Below, in pieces: positions 46,339 to 55,461 of a DNA stretch of 64,000 nt. Origin of the DNA: a virus (Duplodnaviria > Heunggongvirae > Uroviricota > Caudoviricetes); the IMG/VR virus record IMGVR_UViG_3300018080_000111, one strand, 5' to 3'. The translations under genes and the position numbers were made by a program. The notes under the pieces are model-generated. The model did no database searches and was not told the DNA's origin. It saw nothing but the letters and a program-made list of their open reading frames with translations. The stretch's first letter is position 1. Every line of letters starts with the position of its first letter.

Positions 46339-46565
46339 ATAGAATTATCGGGCCCCATCCCCAAAGTTTTGAGGGTATCTTTTAATTCTTTAAGGGATTC
46401 TTCCGGCGCTAACGTTTCCACCAGTAGTGTCGTTGTCCAATCTTTTGCTGTTTTTTCAGTTACATAACTTCCGTAACAGTCTGGGCATTGAGGAAAATCT
46501 TCATATTCCTTCTCCGTCATAATGTAACCACACTTATTACACATTATAAATTTCTTCTTTTCATT
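46287..46565 (-). CDS. Zn-ribbon protein
   Basis: CNKCG...CPDC. Confidence 0.5.
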   Translation of the reverse strand, partial: NEKKKFIMCNKCGYIMTEKEYEDFPQCPDCYGSYVTEKTAKDWTTTLLVETLAPEESLKELKDTLKTLGMGPDNSIWKNLVKIQQLTKGLVK

Positions 46566-46567
46566 CA

Positions 46568-47110
46568 TTAGTCCCACCATCCTCTCGAATGTTTTTGAAT
46601 TAGTTTACAGAGTAATTCCAAATCTTGATCTGCAAGGTATACTTCATGTTCATGTGCAGGAAGTATCCACCTACTGTCCGGCTCGTCTAGTTTATAGTGT
46701 CGGACGATAACTATACAACCTTTTTCATCCAGCTCTCTGTGCATTGCTTCCTGCAATTTTTTTCTAAACCATTCAGTATGTGGACGATTCCTTTTTTCAT
46801 ATGGATTCGTATAGTCATCATCTGCAAGCCTTTTACATAAATTCTTACAAATCATTGTGGTATGGGCATTTCTGTCGGAACTGACCAGATGTCCATACTT
46901 TCGGAATAATTTTTCCATTCGGGAGAATTTGTACTCCAACATGGTGAACAAGTAAGCGTGGTCAAAGTCTCTATCCCTCCAGATGATAGGAAACCAGACA
47001 ATCAGATTTCTTATACCGTATTTTGTTCGGTAGTACAAGGTACTTGGTGTGAGATTCCGATAGTAGAATCCTCGAAGGGAAAAGTAAATATTCTTTACCT
47101 TATTGATCAT
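46568..47110 (-). CDS. Conserved phage hypothetical protein
   Basis: WFPIIWRDRDFDHAYL...C-terminal GWWD. Confidence 0.65.
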   Translation of the reverse strand: MINKVKNIYFSLRGFYYRNLTPSTLYYRTKYGIRNLIVWFPIIWRDRDFDHAYLFTMLEYKFSRMEKLFRKYGHLVSSDRNAHTTMICKNLCKRLADDDYTNPYEKRNRPHTEWFRKKLQEAMHRELDEKGCIVIVRHYKLDEPDSRWILPAHEHEVYLADQDLELLCKLIQKHSRGWWD

Positions 47111-47285
47111 TTATCTTCTCCGATTGATTTTTCCTTCTTTAATCATTTCGAGAATCCTCTTATTAAAGGTGACTCTTGAAATTTTCCCTTCCGCTAACTG
47201 CCAACGCAGTTCTTCTTCTTCCCTGCTGATTAGTCTAGGTCTTCTTTTGCTACCTTTTCCTGCCATAGTATTATACTCCTTTTAT

Positions 47286-47747
47286 CTAATTGCTGATCTT
47301 TTCCTTTCCGGTTAAAATCCAGTAGCACACAATAGTATCAACTGTTCTTGAATCCTCAACTCGATTAACACAGGATAGAATACTTCTGACTTCTGTGTGG
47401 AATTCCTGAGATATTTTAGCTCTTAATAGTCCCAACAATCTCCCTTGGGTCTCGGACCAGAATTCTTCTCTTAATGAATCTGGACGAGTTAATAAGCATT
47501 TTCTGTACCATTTTGTTACCTCTATCCATTTTTCCTTTTCATTTTTATGATATAGTTTGGTGCTTCCTTCTGTTTCTTCTTCGCAACACAAAGAAGCTCC
47601 AATTTGTTGGAATAAATCTAATAGTGTTTTCGTCCGTATGTATTCTACTCCCATACCTTCTGGCCCCCTATCTGGGCTTCTCTTCCCAAATTTCTTTTCC
47701 AAAGTGGTCCCAAGGCAACCGAAAATCGTCCTCTTTACTTTCTTCAA
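47286..47747 (-). CDS. Hypothetical protein
   Basis: 153-aa ORF. Confidence 0.4.
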   Translation of the reverse strand: MKKVKRTIFGCLGTTLEKKFGKRSPDRGPEGMGVEYIRTKTLLDLFQQIGASLCCEEETEGSTKLYHKNEKEKWIEVTKWYRKCLLTRPDSLREEFWSETQGRLLGLLRAKISQEFHTEVRSILSCVNRVEDSRTVDTIVCYWILTGKEKISN

Positions 47748-48177
47748 GAGTATAAGTTGAATAAAACTGGATTACAGCATCATCTGTTAGGGTTTTAAAT
47801 CCATTGTAATACCCCGCGGATATATGAAGTAGGGAAGGTTTGAAAGAGGATAGGACAAAAGATGTCATGCATTTTTCATTATCCTTTTTCCACGCCAATA
47901 GCTTATTATGGTGTTCCGCAAGTCCTTCCTGGTGGGAATATGTTGGAGAATCCAGAACCATATCAAATGAAATTATTTTTACCTCAACTATTCCTCGGGG
48001 AACCCAAACATACTTTTCCTCTTTTTTATGCCCATGGAAAGCCCGAATCATTCCAGCTCTTAGATTTTCTACCTGATACATCCGCCGTATGTCGGGCGGG
48101 AAATCATTAATGAATCTGATAACCCCACGATCGTCTACAAATAAACCACCCTCTTGGTTTTTCTTTTTAATTTCCAT
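47668..48177 (-). CDS. RmlC/FdtA-like cupin (dTDP-sugar 3,5-epimerase/isomerase-like)
   Basis: FVDDRG, IRAFHGHKKE, AGYYNGFKTL, DDFRLPWD. Confidence 0.8.
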   Translation of the reverse strand: MEIKKKNQEGGLFVDDRGVIRFINDFPPDIRRMYQVENLRAGMIRAFHGHKKEEKYVWVPRGIVEVKIISFDMVLDSPTYSHQEGLAEHHNKLLAWKKDNEKCMTSFVLSSFKPSLLHISAGYYNGFKTLTDDAVIQFYSTYTLEESKEDDFRLPWDHFGKEIWEEKPR

Positions 48178-48186
48178 TTTCTTCTC

Positions 48187-48609
48187 CTAATGAATACAAG
48201 GTCCGGAAACCCATCTTCCCTTCTTGTCTCTTGGCCAATTTTTAGAGTCTTCCGACAAATATTGTTTATCCTTTTCTGTTAATTTTGGGAATCGAGTAGG
48301 TAGTTCTTTAATCTCCTCTAAAGGAGCTAATTTCATATCTCCTTCATGCACTTCAACTGCTTTGTTCATCAGACCGAATCTAACGAGCCAAAATATATGA
48401 GTTTTCTTGGGAACAAAATAAGGAGGATCCTCATAATTGAAATAAACACTCCCAATATGGCCATCATACCGAGTACACAAACCCACAACTTGTCCCAATC
48501 TATTTTCAACTAATGGAAGAATTTTCCAGTTTACTTTATTTCCTTGTCTATCCCGAACTCTTATTTTTGAAACAATAACATAGTCACCAATAGTGTATTT
48601 CTTATTCAT
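48187..48609 (-). CDS. Hypothetical protein
   Basis: GGGGAG SD; 140 aa. Confidence 0.6.
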   Translation of the reverse strand: MNKKYTIGDYVIVSKIRVRDRQGNKVNWKILPLVENRLGQVVGLCTRYDGHIGSVYFNYEDPPYFVPKKTHIFWLVRFGLMNKAVEVHEGDMKLAPLEEIKELPTRFPKLTEKDKQYLSEDSKNWPRDKKGRWVSGPCIH

Positions 48610-48614
48610 CGTAG

Positions 48615-48835
48615 TCTCCCCAACCTAATTTGACTTTTTCAAGTTGTTCCCTCGAATTACCTTTCTGTTTGTGAGTGGGAACCCCACGCTCTTGTTCTCT
48701 CGTTTTACGAGCCCCTTCTCAGCCTTTGGGACGTTCGAGTCGCCCACCTAACTAACAATTAGTTCTTCACTAATTCGGCGTGTTTACGCCGTAGGGTAGT
48801 AGGCTATTTTTAATTGTCTGAGAGCTTTCCTTAGT
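48615..48835 (-). ncRNA. Candidate structured RNA or long leader
   Basis: About 220 nt non-coding, downstream of AGTATAATA, with at least five short hairpins. Confidence 0.4.
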
Positions 48836-48867
48836 TATTATACTATTTGTAATTAACTTGTCTACAT

Positions 48868-49791
48868 TTAAAAAACGGGGTCTTCATCCTGTGAGAATAT
48901 TTGTTCTTCAATTAATGACCAAATCTTATCCGTCCCTAAACTATCAGGATCCTCCTCAAAGTCCATGCGTATTACGGATACATGATCAACAAAGGGCTCA
49001 AAGAAACCAGACTCATCTCGAGCGTGCCAGTAAGCATCTCCATCTAAACAGAAAATCAGATTCTTTGGTTGTTTCCGGAGGATTAAACTCTTTTGGAAGT
49101 CCGTCAAATATGAACCTAACATAGCCATTACATTATCTTGGATTCTCCAGGCGTCCAGTATTCCTTCAGTAATTATAATCGTATTTCCTTCCACATCATC
49201 ATATCCATAAAGGTACTTGATGATATCTCCAGGCATATCATACTTTAGTTTTGCGGTTCCGGTTAGGTCTGCAGCAACAAAGGAAACTTGTTCTCCCTCA
49301 AAGTAAATGGGTATAATCATTCGATTCATATAATGTCCGACTCTACATATTCCACAACCCTTCTTAATTACCTGATCAATTGATATTTTTCTTCTCTTTA
49401 GATATTTAAACAGCAGAGCAAATTTAATCCTTTCATCAATTTTTTCAAAGTATTCCGGAAGAGGAGTAATCGATTCCTTAGGGGGTTTTTCCTCTATTGT
49501 ATCTTCAGATAATCCTAAAAGGATCTTTTCCTCTTCAATTTCTGCCTGACACTCTGAGTCCGTCATTTTTGTTAAAATCTTTAGGAGGAAGGAGAAGTGG
49601 CCCTTTCGACCACATTTCCAACAATTAAAGAAGAGGGAGTCCGTAAAAATACCCATGTGGTTACTATGGTCTCCACAGGAGTAGAAAGGGCATTGAATAT
49701 TGATAGAGTCCTCAGAAACATTTTTTCCTTCGGACCAGTAGGATATGTTGTATCGATCTAGGATGTTAGTTATCAACCTCTCATAGTTCAT
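48868..49791 (-). CDS. DNA primase (Zn-binding + Toprim)
   Basis: CPFYSCGDH...CWKCG; IIITEGILDA; FCLDGDA. Confidence 0.85.
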   Translation of the reverse strand: MNYERLITNILDRYNISYWSEGKNVSEDSINIQCPFYSCGDHSNHMGIFTDSLFFNCWKCGRKGHFSFLLKILTKMTDSECQAEIEEEKILLGLSEDTIEEKPPKESITPLPEYFEKIDERIKFALLFKYLKRRKISIDQVIKKGCGICRVGHYMNRMIIPIYFEGEQVSFVAADLTGTAKLKYDMPGDIIKYLYGYDDVEGNTIIITEGILDAWRIQDNVMAMLGSYLTDFQKSLILRKQPKNLIFCLDGDAYWHARDESGFFEPFVDHVSVIRMDFEEDPDSLGTDKIWSLIEEQIFSQDEDPVF

Positions 49792-50045
49792 TTTAAATAA
49801 AGTCCTACCTTTCCATCGAATTCTTTGATATAGATCTCAGAACAAGCCAAAGAGAACACATCTAAATTTCTGTCGTACGGAATTACAAATTGCTTAATTT
49901 GAACCATATCATTCGGAACTACTTCTTCACTAATTCTAATAGGAATAGCACAAGCATACTCTACTGTATACCCATGAACTAAATCATAGGAATTCACTTC
50001 CTTTTTCCGATAAAATTGTCCATTAATACGAATTTCTTTTTTCAT
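49788..50045 (-). CDS. Hypothetical protein
   Basis: Coupled ORF. Confidence 0.5.
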   Translation of the reverse strand: MKKEIRINGQFYRKKEVNSYDLVHGYTVEYACAIPIRISEEVVPNDMVQIKQFVIPYDRNLDVFSLACSEIYIKEFDGKVGLYLK

Positions 50046-50605
50046 TATAAGTCCATAAACTCCTGTCTCATCATTTTATCCGTTCTCATTTTACCCAGAA
50101 GGCAGCTAGTAACCATTTTACTTCCTACCTTTTTAACACCTCTATCGCACATGCAGGAATGGGAAGCTTCAAGAACAACTCCTACCCCCAAAGGATCTAA
50201 ATACTTCATAATAGTTTCTGCAACCTGATTTGTGAGTCTTTCTTGGACTTGAAGTCTGCAAGCAAAAACATCTAGAACTCGTCCAAGTTTTGAAAGTCCA
50301 ACAACCTTTTTATTCGGGACATATCCAATCTTGCCAATTCCAGAGAATTTTACTATATGATGCGAACAATGAGAAGTAAAAGGAATGTCTTTTACCACAA
50401 CCATCTCATCACAGTCTTCAGCAAAATCAACCGATAAAATATTTTGTATGTCCTCTTCAGTAAAAAAATAACCTTTACCAAATTCTTGGGTCCAAGCTTT
50501 GACAACTCTTTCTGGGGTTCGAAGGAGATGTTGATCATTTAAATCTAATCCCATTCCTTCTAGAAAAAGCTCAATTCCCTTTTTCATTTGATCTTTATTC
50601 ATCAT
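50045..50605 (-). CDS. folE: GTP cyclohydrolase I
   Basis: TPERVVK, SHCSHH, GLSKLGR, RLQVQERLT, HSCMCDRGV. Confidence 0.93.
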   Translation of the reverse strand: MMNKDQMKKGIELFLEGMGLDLNDQHLLRTPERVVKAWTQEFGKGYFFTEEDIQNILSVDFAEDCDEMVVVKDIPFTSHCSHHIVKFSGIGKIGYVPNKKVVGLSKLGRVLDVFACRLQVQERLTNQVAETIMKYLDPLGVGVVLEASHSCMCDRGVKKVGSKMVTSCLLGKMRTDKMMRQEFMDL

Positions 50606-51254
50606 TTACTCCTCTTTTTCCTTTTCTAAGTTCTTTCAACCACTCTTCCTCATTAGAAAAACATATTCTTTCTCTCCCATCATATTGATTAAGAAGTTTT
50701 GCGTAATGGGATTGTAATTTGACAGATTTATCTAAAGCCTCTTTTACTTCCAACATCTCTAAAACCAGATTGGACACGGCCTTATGCCCTTGTTCTATCT
50801 TCAACCAAGGCTCCCCATGACGATCGACTCGGACTCTCCAATCTCCTTCTTCAAGGATAAAAGTGTATTTACCCCCAGAACAAGACACAATCGTATTGTC
50901 AGTTCCCATCATCTTTTCTTCCTTCTCCTCTGGCAGCTCCTCAGAAACCTCTTCCTCCTTTAAATTTCCCGAGAAATAATCATAGATCTTTTTCATCTCC
51001 TCTCCGGGAATGAATAACTTATCCCACTGGTTGGGGGTTCCTGCACAAGCTAACCAACCATTCCGGTCTGCCAGAGTAGCAGGTATAAGATCAAACCTCA
51101 TACTCTCGAACCCAGTAACTCCCCCTTCTTCAATGCTGATCCAATGAGAATTTAGGTAGTCATTGTACTTTTTGACAACTACCAACTCCACATCAATCAC
51201 TACATTGGTGAGACAGTTGGTCCTTTGGGCCTTTACTTTTATCATATCTTTCAT
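50595..51254 (-). CDS. Hypothetical protein
   Basis: 219-aa ORF. Confidence 0.55.
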   Translation of the reverse strand: MKDMIKVKAQRTNCLTNVVIDVELVVVKKYNDYLNSHWISIEEGGVTGFESMRFDLIPATLADRNGWLACAGTPNQWDKLFIPGEEMKKIYDYFSGNLKEEEVSEELPEEKEEKMMGTDNTIVSCSGGKYTFILEEGDWRVRVDRHGEPWLKIEQGHKAVSNLVLEMLEVKEALDKSVKLQSHYAKLLNQYDGRERICFSNEEEWLKELRKGKRGVNDE

Positions 51255-51279
51255 AATTGTTCCTTGATTATTATACTGT

Positions 51280-52266
51280 TCACAGATCTATTCGATACAT
51301 CTTTTTCCAGGTTTCAAATTCCTCTCTTTCCTTATCATCTTTACAACCTAAATAGTAATGCTTGGTGAACTGACCACAAGAACTACCAATGTTTGAACCC
51401 GGAGGAGAATAGGCAGATACTTTGGCTTCATACTCCTTCTTTAGTTCTTTGATCCACAATTCCTCTTTAGGACTTCTTTTTAAATTACCGATTGGGTTAA
51501 ATTTTAAAAATTTTAATGGGATGTGGAACTTTTGCCCCAACTCTTTCAGTAGAAAATATTCATCTTCTGAATCATTTATCCCATCAATTAGAGTGTAGTG
51601 AATCTCTGAACAAAGTTCTCGAAAGCAATCCCCATCATGGAAAATTGAAAGATTCTTTTTAACCTCATTAGAGCACAAAGTTGCGTAATCATATAATCGT
51701 AGCAGTGCAGGATCTATTTTTATCCATGATTTTGGAAGAAGGTTTCTTCGGGAACTTAAATCAGGAGAATGCAAAGAAAAATGTATTTTAGTTGGAACTT
51801 TTTCTTGTAAAATTGTATGTATCGCCGCACCCAGGATTCTTTGTTCTGGTACTATAGTGGAGAGGGCAATGGAAAACATTTTCTTCTTTTCATCATCATT
51901 AAGCATTTTATAAATGCCTAAAATAAGATGTGGATTGAAAAGAGGTTCTCCAACTCCCATGAAGGAAAGGAGACATTTTTCGTTTGTAAGATATCGAGAA
52001 TTGATCCATTGAATTATGGGATATAGATCCAAGACACTTATCGATCCCATATTATTTATTCTATCGTTTGATTGGGTTAGATGACAAAATTTACATCCTA
52101 GTGTACAATAGTAGTGGGTGGGGAGACATAGAACGTCTATCCCAAGTTTATTTTTTATCCAGGCAACTTCAATAATCCCTTTGTCCTCTACTTCAAAAAC
52201 AAATTTTTCGGTTCCATCTTCATCTTGGAATCTTCCTAAACATGTAATGGGTTCATTGATTTTCAT
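51280..52266 (-). CDS. RlmN/Cfr-like radical SAM methyltransferase
   Basis: CLPTHYYCTLGCKFC, SFMGVGEP, FSLHS, YTLIDGINDS, IGSSCGQ. Confidence 0.78.
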   Translation of the reverse strand: MKINEPITCLGRFQDEDGTEKFVFEVEDKGIIEVAWIKNKLGIDVLCLPTHYYCTLGCKFCHLTQSNDRINNMGSISVLDLYPIIQWINSRYLTNEKCLLSFMGVGEPLFNPHLILGIYKMLNDDEKKKMFSIALSTIVPEQRILGAAIHTILQEKVPTKIHFSLHSPDLSSRRNLLPKSWIKIDPALLRLYDYATLCSNEVKKNLSIFHDGDCFRELCSEIHYTLIDGINDSEDEYFLLKELGQKFHIPLKFLKFNPIGNLKRSPKEELWIKELKKEYEAKVSAYSPPGSNIGSSCGQFTKHYYLGCKDDKEREEFETWKKMYRIDL

Positions 52267-53747
52267 TTTTCTACTCCCCCATACTCTTGAATATAGGCCA
52301 TAACTTCTGTCACGAAGTCAAACCTCTCAGATCGGTTCTTTAAAGTTCTAGGTTCCACCGAGCTCTTCATAATCAAATCCACAACCAGACAGGTATTTTT
52401 TTGTCCTTTTCGATGGATTCGTCCCGTAGTTTGCTTCCGGGACAATGGAGAAGGAGTCGGACTAAAATTAAGTATAGTGCTTGATGCGGTTCCATCCCAT
52501 CCTTCCGCCCCGGCCCCCCGTTGGACTAAGATACATTTTACTTTCTCTTCTTGAGTAAATCTTTTTACGCTTTCGGTTCGTTCCTTTAAATCTTGCCCTC
52601 CATAGATTCTTGAATACAAATATTTTTCTTTTTCCAAGGCCCTTTGGATCATATTAACTTCCTCCTTGAAGTAATAGAATATTATAACTTTCCCCGAAAT
52701 ATCCTCCAGGAAGTCTATTAAGGATTCTATCTTTGGGTTTTGTTTTAGGTAATATGTTTGAGTCGGTCCATCCTCTGTCTTGTAATATAGAAAGCCTAAA
52801 GGTAGTTGCCTAAGAAGTCGGGACTTAAGTTTTTTAAACTTATCTTCATCCTCATTCAATTCTGTAGGTTCCAATTTTACAATGGTTCCGTTTAGGGTAA
52901 TAGATGGTTGAGTTATTATCGCGTCTTGTAGTTTCAGATACCCTTTTGATGGATTTACCTCCCGGACTATTTCCTGAATCTCTGGAAGATCAAAGCATTC
53001 TTCTCTGTCGAAGCTGATGGATGTTTTTGAAATTTGTTCCAGGATTTTTTCTTTGGCTCCCTTTTTAAGTTTCCAGTCAAATACCACGGGGTAAAAATAC
53101 CTATTCCTATAAGCAAAGAAACTGGTCCCCAGGGTTCTTCCGAGATCAATCACTCTATAGATATTAAAGGCTTCGAGAAGAGAATTGTCAATTGGTGTTC
53201 CGGTAAGTCCTATTACATTCTTTGATAGCTTGGATAACTGATGACAGATAATACTTTGAAGGGATTTGTAACTTTTGCATTTATGAATCTCATCCAGTAT
53301 TATACAATCAAATTTGTGGATGAAGGAGGAGTAATTGATCTTCCAACCTTTTCCTTTCATCAATTTACAATATACTGTTTTTAATCCTTCATAATTGATT
53401 ATAAAAATATCCCTTTTCTTTTTTAATAGAGACCGACGATGTTTTCCTGATCCTAAAAGGAATTCATGAGAGTAGTCAGTATACTTGGAGATATCCCTTT
53501 CCCAGGCACTAAAAGCAGAGGAGGGACAAACTACCAGAATTTTCTTATTTTCCCACAGTTGAGTTGTCCAGAGAGCCGTGAGGGTTTTCCCTGTACCAAC
53601 ACCATGCAAAAATGCACAACGGGAGGAGGCCGCTGCGAAGGCCATGGAAATAAGTTGATGTCTCATCGGGGATAGTTTAAATGGGAAATCCCCAAAGATA
53701 TCATCTAACTCTTCCTTTATCAGTTTTTTATAGTCGAAGGTTCTCAT
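52263..53747 (-). CDS. SNF2-like superfamily 2 helicase
   Basis: HGVGTGKT, INYEGL, ILDEIH, LTGTP, QTTGRIHRKGQ. Confidence 0.88.
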   Translation of the reverse strand: MRTFDYKKLIKEELDDIFGDFPFKLSPMRHQLISMAFAAASSRCAFLHGVGTGKTLTALWTTQLWENKKILVVCPSSAFSAWERDISKYTDYSHEFLLGSGKHRRSLLKKKRDIFIINYEGLKTVYCKLMKGKGWKINYSSFIHKFDCIILDEIHKCKSYKSLQSIICHQLSKLSKNVIGLTGTPIDNSLLEAFNIYRVIDLGRTLGTSFFAYRNRYFYPVVFDWKLKKGAKEKILEQISKTSISFDREECFDLPEIQEIVREVNPSKGYLKLQDAIITQPSITLNGTIVKLEPTELNEDEDKFKKLKSRLLRQLPLGFLYYKTEDGPTQTYYLKQNPKIESLIDFLEDISGKVIIFYYFKEEVNMIQRALEKEKYLYSRIYGGQDLKERTESVKRFTQEEKVKCILVQRGAGAEGWDGTASSTILNFSPTPSPLSRKQTTGRIHRKGQKNTCLVVDLIMKSSVEPRTLKNRSERFDFVTEVMAYIQEYGGVEK

Positions 53748-53766
53748 TATCTTTTACTACAAATAG

Positions 53767-53829
53767 AATTTGTGGACGAAGGAGGAGAATTTGGTCTTCC
53801 AACCTTTTCCTTTCATCAATTTACAATAT
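53767..53829 (-). repeat. 63-bp near-copy (59/63) of helicase segment 53311-53373 at the TnpB guide position
   Basis: The 35 TnpB-proximal bp (53795-53829) are identical to 53339-53373; 4 mismatches lie distal. Confidence 0.9.
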
Positions 53830-53861
53830 TCGGATCTTTTCTTTTCAACAGGCTCCGAATG

Positions 53862-54920
53862 TTATTCTATTCCTGTAAGGAACCGATTCAAGATATTCAA
53901 AGACGCGTTGTAATCTGCATCCGATGTGTATCCACACTCCATACACTTAAATACCTCACCTTTACGATTCTCTTTATGGATACTTCCGCAACGATTACAT
54001 TTCTGACTCGTATAGGCTGGATTTACTTTATGACATTGGACGCCAACTACCTCACAAGCTTGTTCCAGTCTTCTTAGGAAGTACGGGTAAGTCCATCTCT
54101 GTAATTTGTTCATCACCTTCCTGGCCACTTTTTCTTTAGTCCTTTTCTTTATGCCCTTCAGATTTTCAACCACTATCCCCTTTAGATCTGAAAGCTTAAT
54201 CTTTTTAACTTCCCTATTGATATATTCATCTCGCTCTTTTAGAGCACGATAGAAAGCCTTACTTCCTTGCTTCTTCCTTGATATCTTTTCAATCTTTTGT
54301 ACAAGTTCCTCCCCAACCATCTGTCCTGTGGACAATACGGCCAACTTCTTGTATCCACAATCTAGGCCGATCATCTCTCCTTCCTCTTTTGGTTCCGGAG
54401 CAGCCTTCTCAAAGAAGAGGTCTCCAAATAGGTCAGACCCCTTTCTCCTAATTCTAATGGACTTCTTTAATTTCCAATCTTCTTGAATAAACTTATTGAA
54501 ATGCTTGTGCTTTTTGGTTGGAATTTTTACAAAACACTGCTTCCCAGATCTCCTACCCATTCCTTTAATAGTAATCCATAGATCAAAAGAGTTCTTTCCT
54601 TCTTGAATCACAACGAATCGTTGATCAAGTTCAAAACTTTTTCCACTAAAAGTGGGTTTCGTTTTCTTCTTTCTCTGCCTTTGAGATTTTACTATATGGA
54701 GAGCAGAGCATGCTGCTCCCTGTCTTGCGGTAAATGATAGGGGCGAATCCACCTGATCCAGGACCTCTCGTTCCACGAACGAACCGGTAAATCTTTTTAT
54801 TTCCCATAGAGTATCTATATATTGATTAACTGCTTCAGTGTATCTATCTAGGAAATCAAGAACCTTGTTCTTCTTTCCTATATTACAATAATTTAGATTT
54901 ATTGTAGATTTTCTGATCAT
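53862..54920 (-). CDS. tnpB: TnpB/Cas12f-like RNA-guided nuclease with no tnpA
   Basis: RuvC-I IGLDCG, RuvC-II VVENL, Zn finger CNRC..CMEC, RuvC-III DADYNAS; all three acidic catalytic residues present. Confidence 0.9.
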   Translation of the reverse strand: MIRKSTINLNYCNIGKKNKVLDFLDRYTEAVNQYIDTLWEIKRFTGSFVEREVLDQVDSPLSFTARQGAACSALHIVKSQRQRKKKTKPTFSGKSFELDQRFVVIQEGKNSFDLWITIKGMGRRSGKQCFVKIPTKKHKHFNKFIQEDWKLKKSIRIRRKGSDLFGDLFFEKAAPEPKEEGEMIGLDCGYKKLAVLSTGQMVGEELVQKIEKISRKKQGSKAFYRALKERDEYINREVKKIKLSDLKGIVVENLKGIKKRTKEKVARKVMNKLQRWTYPYFLRRLEQACEVVGVQCHKVNPAYTSQKCNRCGSIHKENRKGEVFKCMECGYTSDADYNASLNILNRFLTGIE

Positions 54921-54928
54921 TCTTCTTC

Positions 54929-55450
54929 CTATAATTTTTTAAAGCGCAGTAAGTGCTCATTATCCTTTTCTAAGAATCGAATCTCATTAAATCCTTCTTT
55001 AATGGTAGGAGTATCATATTGTTCGTTAAATTTATCCCAGACTCTCTCCCAAATCTTTCTGTCTCGGATATCATGTGGAATTTTCATTCTCCTATCCACA
55101 GAGGTCTTTTTTAAGAGACGTGGCATAATCAAAGCAATATTATAATACTGATACTTCTTTCCTAAATCAATAAAATCCTTTCTAAGATCAACGGATATAT
55201 TTGTTTCATCCAGAACAATATCAATACCAGTTCTCATAAAACCATTTAGTAAGTCCAAAGTACCTTGAATGACAAGTGGCTCCAACTCTGGATCAAAATT
55301 ATACTTACCTGCTCCAAACATATATCGGAGGGAGTCTCTACTGACATAAATGATTTTCTTCCCCTTCTTTCTTTTTTCTTCAATGAAATTTTGAGCAAAG
55401 GTGGATTTACCAGACCCAATATTCCCAACTAAAATATACAGTTTATTCAT
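54929..55450 (-). CDS. AAA_33 / polynucleotide kinase-like P-loop protein
   Basis: ILVGNIGSGKST, VSRDSLR, VLDETN. Confidence 0.82.
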   Translation of the reverse strand: MNKLYILVGNIGSGKSTFAQNFIEEKRKKGKKIIYVSRDSLRYMFGAGKYNFDPELEPLVIQGTLDLLNGFMRTGIDIVLDETNISVDLRKDFIDLGKKYQYYNIALIMPRLLKKTSVDRRMKIPHDIRDRKIWERVWDKFNEQYDTPTIKEGFNEIRFLEKDNEHLLRFKKL

Positions 55451-55461
55451 TTTATCTTCCT

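Noticed and set aside
48615-48835. RNase P, tmRNA or HEARO assignment for the structured region
   Set aside because: Only a partial AGGAAAG similarity; the required conserved ends and lengths are missing.
53830-54928. Complete IS200/IS605 or IS607 element
   Set aside because: No tnpA, and only 8 bp separate tnpB from the upstream gene, leaving no left end.
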